From assembly GCF_964204645.1 (NCBI RefSeq), contig NC_134032.1, positions 14,806,275-14,870,274 on the forward strand: a stretch of 64,000 nt of DNA. Direction: 5' to 3'. A program made the position numbers and the translations under genes. The first letter of the stretch is position 1; each line of letters opens with the position of its first letter. The DNA is from Tubulanus polymorphus. Lineage: Eukaryota; Animalia; Nemertea. This document shows positions 61,601 to 64,000 of this stretch, piece by piece. The notes beneath the pieces were generated by a model. That model was not told the origin of the DNA. It did no database searches and worked only from the letters and a program-made list of their open reading frames with translations.

Positions 61601-63300
61601 TCTATAAAACCGGACCCAGGATATTTTAGAATTTAATCGGGGAGTTTTTTGGCTAACATTTGATTAGTATCAGTGTGACCCTTAAATAACTGAGGCGGGT
61701 TGCATAGTCATGGCTTAGACTTAAGACAAGTCTAAGACCAACTTTGTTCTATAGCCGATCTAACAACTTGATACCAGTTTTATATATATTCAAACTTAAC
61801 AATTCAAACTTAACCGTTTTAGGTATAAACTTTTTCGTGAAACTGGGCCCTGATCTATATTTGATTGAATGTCTCTCTTGTTATCGAGGTTTGTTTTTGT
61901 TTGTTTCAGAGATGAAACAGAAAGAGAAATTACTCGAGTTATTGGCAAGTAAAGAGAACAGTTGTGTTTGTACGGTTTGCGGGAAAGGTTTCGCTTGGCG
62001 CAGCATTCTCGAAAAACACATGACATCGCAACATCCCGACGAGACTCAGACAAAACAGGAGCACTCCGAGATGGAGCAGACCGAGTTGGAGCATATCGAA
62101 AATGAGCACGTTGAAATGGAGCAAACCGAATTAGAGACCGACGAATCATCAACAATGAAAACAGTTTCGGAGCGGATAGAATCAACTGTTTCCGATGGCA
62201 ACGTGTCCGAACTTACAAACACGCGCGCAACAATGAAACCGACGGTTACCGCGGTGACCGCAACTAAGTCGAATCGACGTAAAATATCGAAATGTCAAAT
62301 TTGCGATGAAGAATTCGCGGAATCGAAACAATTGTCGAATCATTTACGAATCGAGCACAAAGACGAATCGTCGCGTTACGAGTGCGAATTCTGCGATCGA
62401 CGATTCACGAGAATCGATCATTTCAAGTTGCACGTAATGAATCACACGGGATTCCGACCGTTCATCTGCGAGTTTTGCGCGAAGGGTTTCAAAACGCGAG
62501 CCGAACTGAAGAAACACATGTTGAAACACGAAACGTCGGGTGGACCGTTACAATGCGAGTATTGCGAGAAAACGCTGTGGCGCCGCGAGAACATGGATCT
62601 ACACATGAGAACGCACACCGGCGATAAACTATTCAAGTGCGGCGTGTGCGATAAACTGTGGACGACTCGTCACGCGTTGAAACAACACGAACTGACGCAC
62701 ACCGATCATAAACCGTTCGTCTGCGAACACTGCGGTAAAACCTGCTCGAATAAAGGTAATCTCGGTAAACATATCGCGTCGATGCATCCGCCCGAACTGT
62801 TCATAGAGGGCGTTACTAGCGAATCGTCGAGCGGCGATTGTTCGTTCGCGTGCGACGTGTGCGGAAAGTCGTTTTCGTCGTTGGCGTTGGCGACGCGTCA
62901 TATGGAACGGCACACGGCGGTTAAAAAGCACCGATGCGACGTGTGCGCGAAATCGTTCTCGTCGAAGCACACGCTCGCGACTCATATGCAGCTACACGAC
63001 GGCACGCAGCCGTTCGTGTGTGCCGTGTGCGGTAAGGGTTTCTCGAGACGGCAGCAGCTCACGGAACACGTTATGTTGCACACCGGTGAACGTCCGTTCC
63101 CGTGTTCCACGTGCGAAAAACGCTTCACAACGGCGGCGAAACTGAAGGTACACGAGCGTGTGCACACCGGCGAAAAACCGTTTAAATGCAGCGTGTGCGG
63201 TAAGGCGTTTAACCGAGCCGATAAACTCACAACTCATTATAAACAAACTCATAAATCTGGTGTTCAGAATGCTGTCGAAATGTATATAGCTTATGAATAA
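58632..63300 (+). CDS. Multi-zinc-finger protein 2 (12 C2H2 fingers) with the same N-terminal module as ZNF gene 1
   Basis: Exons 58632-58644, 58864-58929, 59050-59202, 61144-61425, 61910-63300 (all phase 1). TGEKPF/TGERPF linkers. Head-to-head with SRRT. Confidence 0.88.
59211..61035. repeat. 26-bp minisatellite (~70 copies) filling ZNF2 intron 3
   Basis: Unit cccctctcagcctggaccctgttcac; starts 8 nt after the donor at 59203. Confidence 0.95.
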
Positions 63301-63334
63301 CAGCCTCAAATATTCATATCCGGTACTAGTAACT

Positions 63335-63755
63335 GGTTCTACAGTTCTGGATCCAGTTCTGCTGGTTCCACAGTTCTGAGCCCAGTTCTGCTGTTCTAGT
63401 TCCAGTTCCACAGTTCTGGATCCAGTTCCACAGTTCTGGATCCAGTTCCACAGTTCTGAATCCAGGTTCACAGTTCTGGATCCAGTTCCACAGTTCTGGA
63501 TATAGTTCCATAGTTCCGGATCCAGTTCCACAGTTCTGAATCCAGTTCCACAGTTCTGGATCCAGTTTTTACAGTTCTGAATCCAGGTTCACAGTTCTGG
63601 ATCCAGTTCCACAGTTCTGGATCCAGTTCCACAGTTCTGCACTCAGTTCTACAGTACTGGACTCAGTTCTACAGTGCACGATCCACATCCTCAGTTCTGG
63701 TCTCGGCTTCACTGTTGTGGACTCAGTTCCACAGTTCTGGATCCAGCCCCACAGT
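63335..63755. repeat. 20-bp ggatccagttccacagttct satellite in the ZNF2 3' region
   Basis: Tandem copies. Confidence 0.92.
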
Positions 63756-64000
63756 TTAAGGCCCCTGTACGCAGCTCGAAATGTGTAATTGAAAATGAAC
63801 TTATTCTTACTGTTGAAAACTTGAACTGAATTTCACTGAATTTAAATTTGTAAACTAATAAAATGAATCAATAAAACATCAATGTATTTTTGACTTTAAT
63901 TACTGGTTAATCTATTAATTTAATTTGCTGTAAATTTACTCAGTTTTGATTGGTTAGTCTGTTGAAATACCTTGTATTTGAGGCAATCAAATTGACCCTT

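Overview
Eukaryotic, intron-rich, repeat-dense animal DNA, probably from a marine invertebrate (the taxon cannot be fixed from sequence alone). Six multi-exon protein-coding genes were reconstructed by hand with phase-consistent splice sites: an OATP/SLCO transporter (+), ALDH8A1 (-), a WW-IPV-BAG co-chaperone (BAG3-like, +), a C2H2 zinc-finger gene (+), SRRT/ARS2 (-), and a second C2H2 zinc-finger gene (+). Introns and intergenic DNA contain many MITE families (Harbinger-, piggyBac-, hAT- and Tc1/mariner-like), LINE/SINE fragments and locus-specific minisatellites. The main observations are: (1) both zinc-finger genes carry a shared ~65-aa N-terminal module, largely invisible in the ORF track, encoded by the same three phase-1 exons, which is a candidate new KRAB/ZAD/FiNZ-like effector domain; (2) splice acceptors have been tandemly amplified with their exon starts, including 18 AG|GT copies in the OATP gene of which only the last is productive; (3) SRRT has a U12 AT-AC intron and a candidate poison exon; (4) composite B-box-repeat/hairpin arrays occupy both convergent intergenic regions and are linked by an inverted duplication ~20 kb apart.
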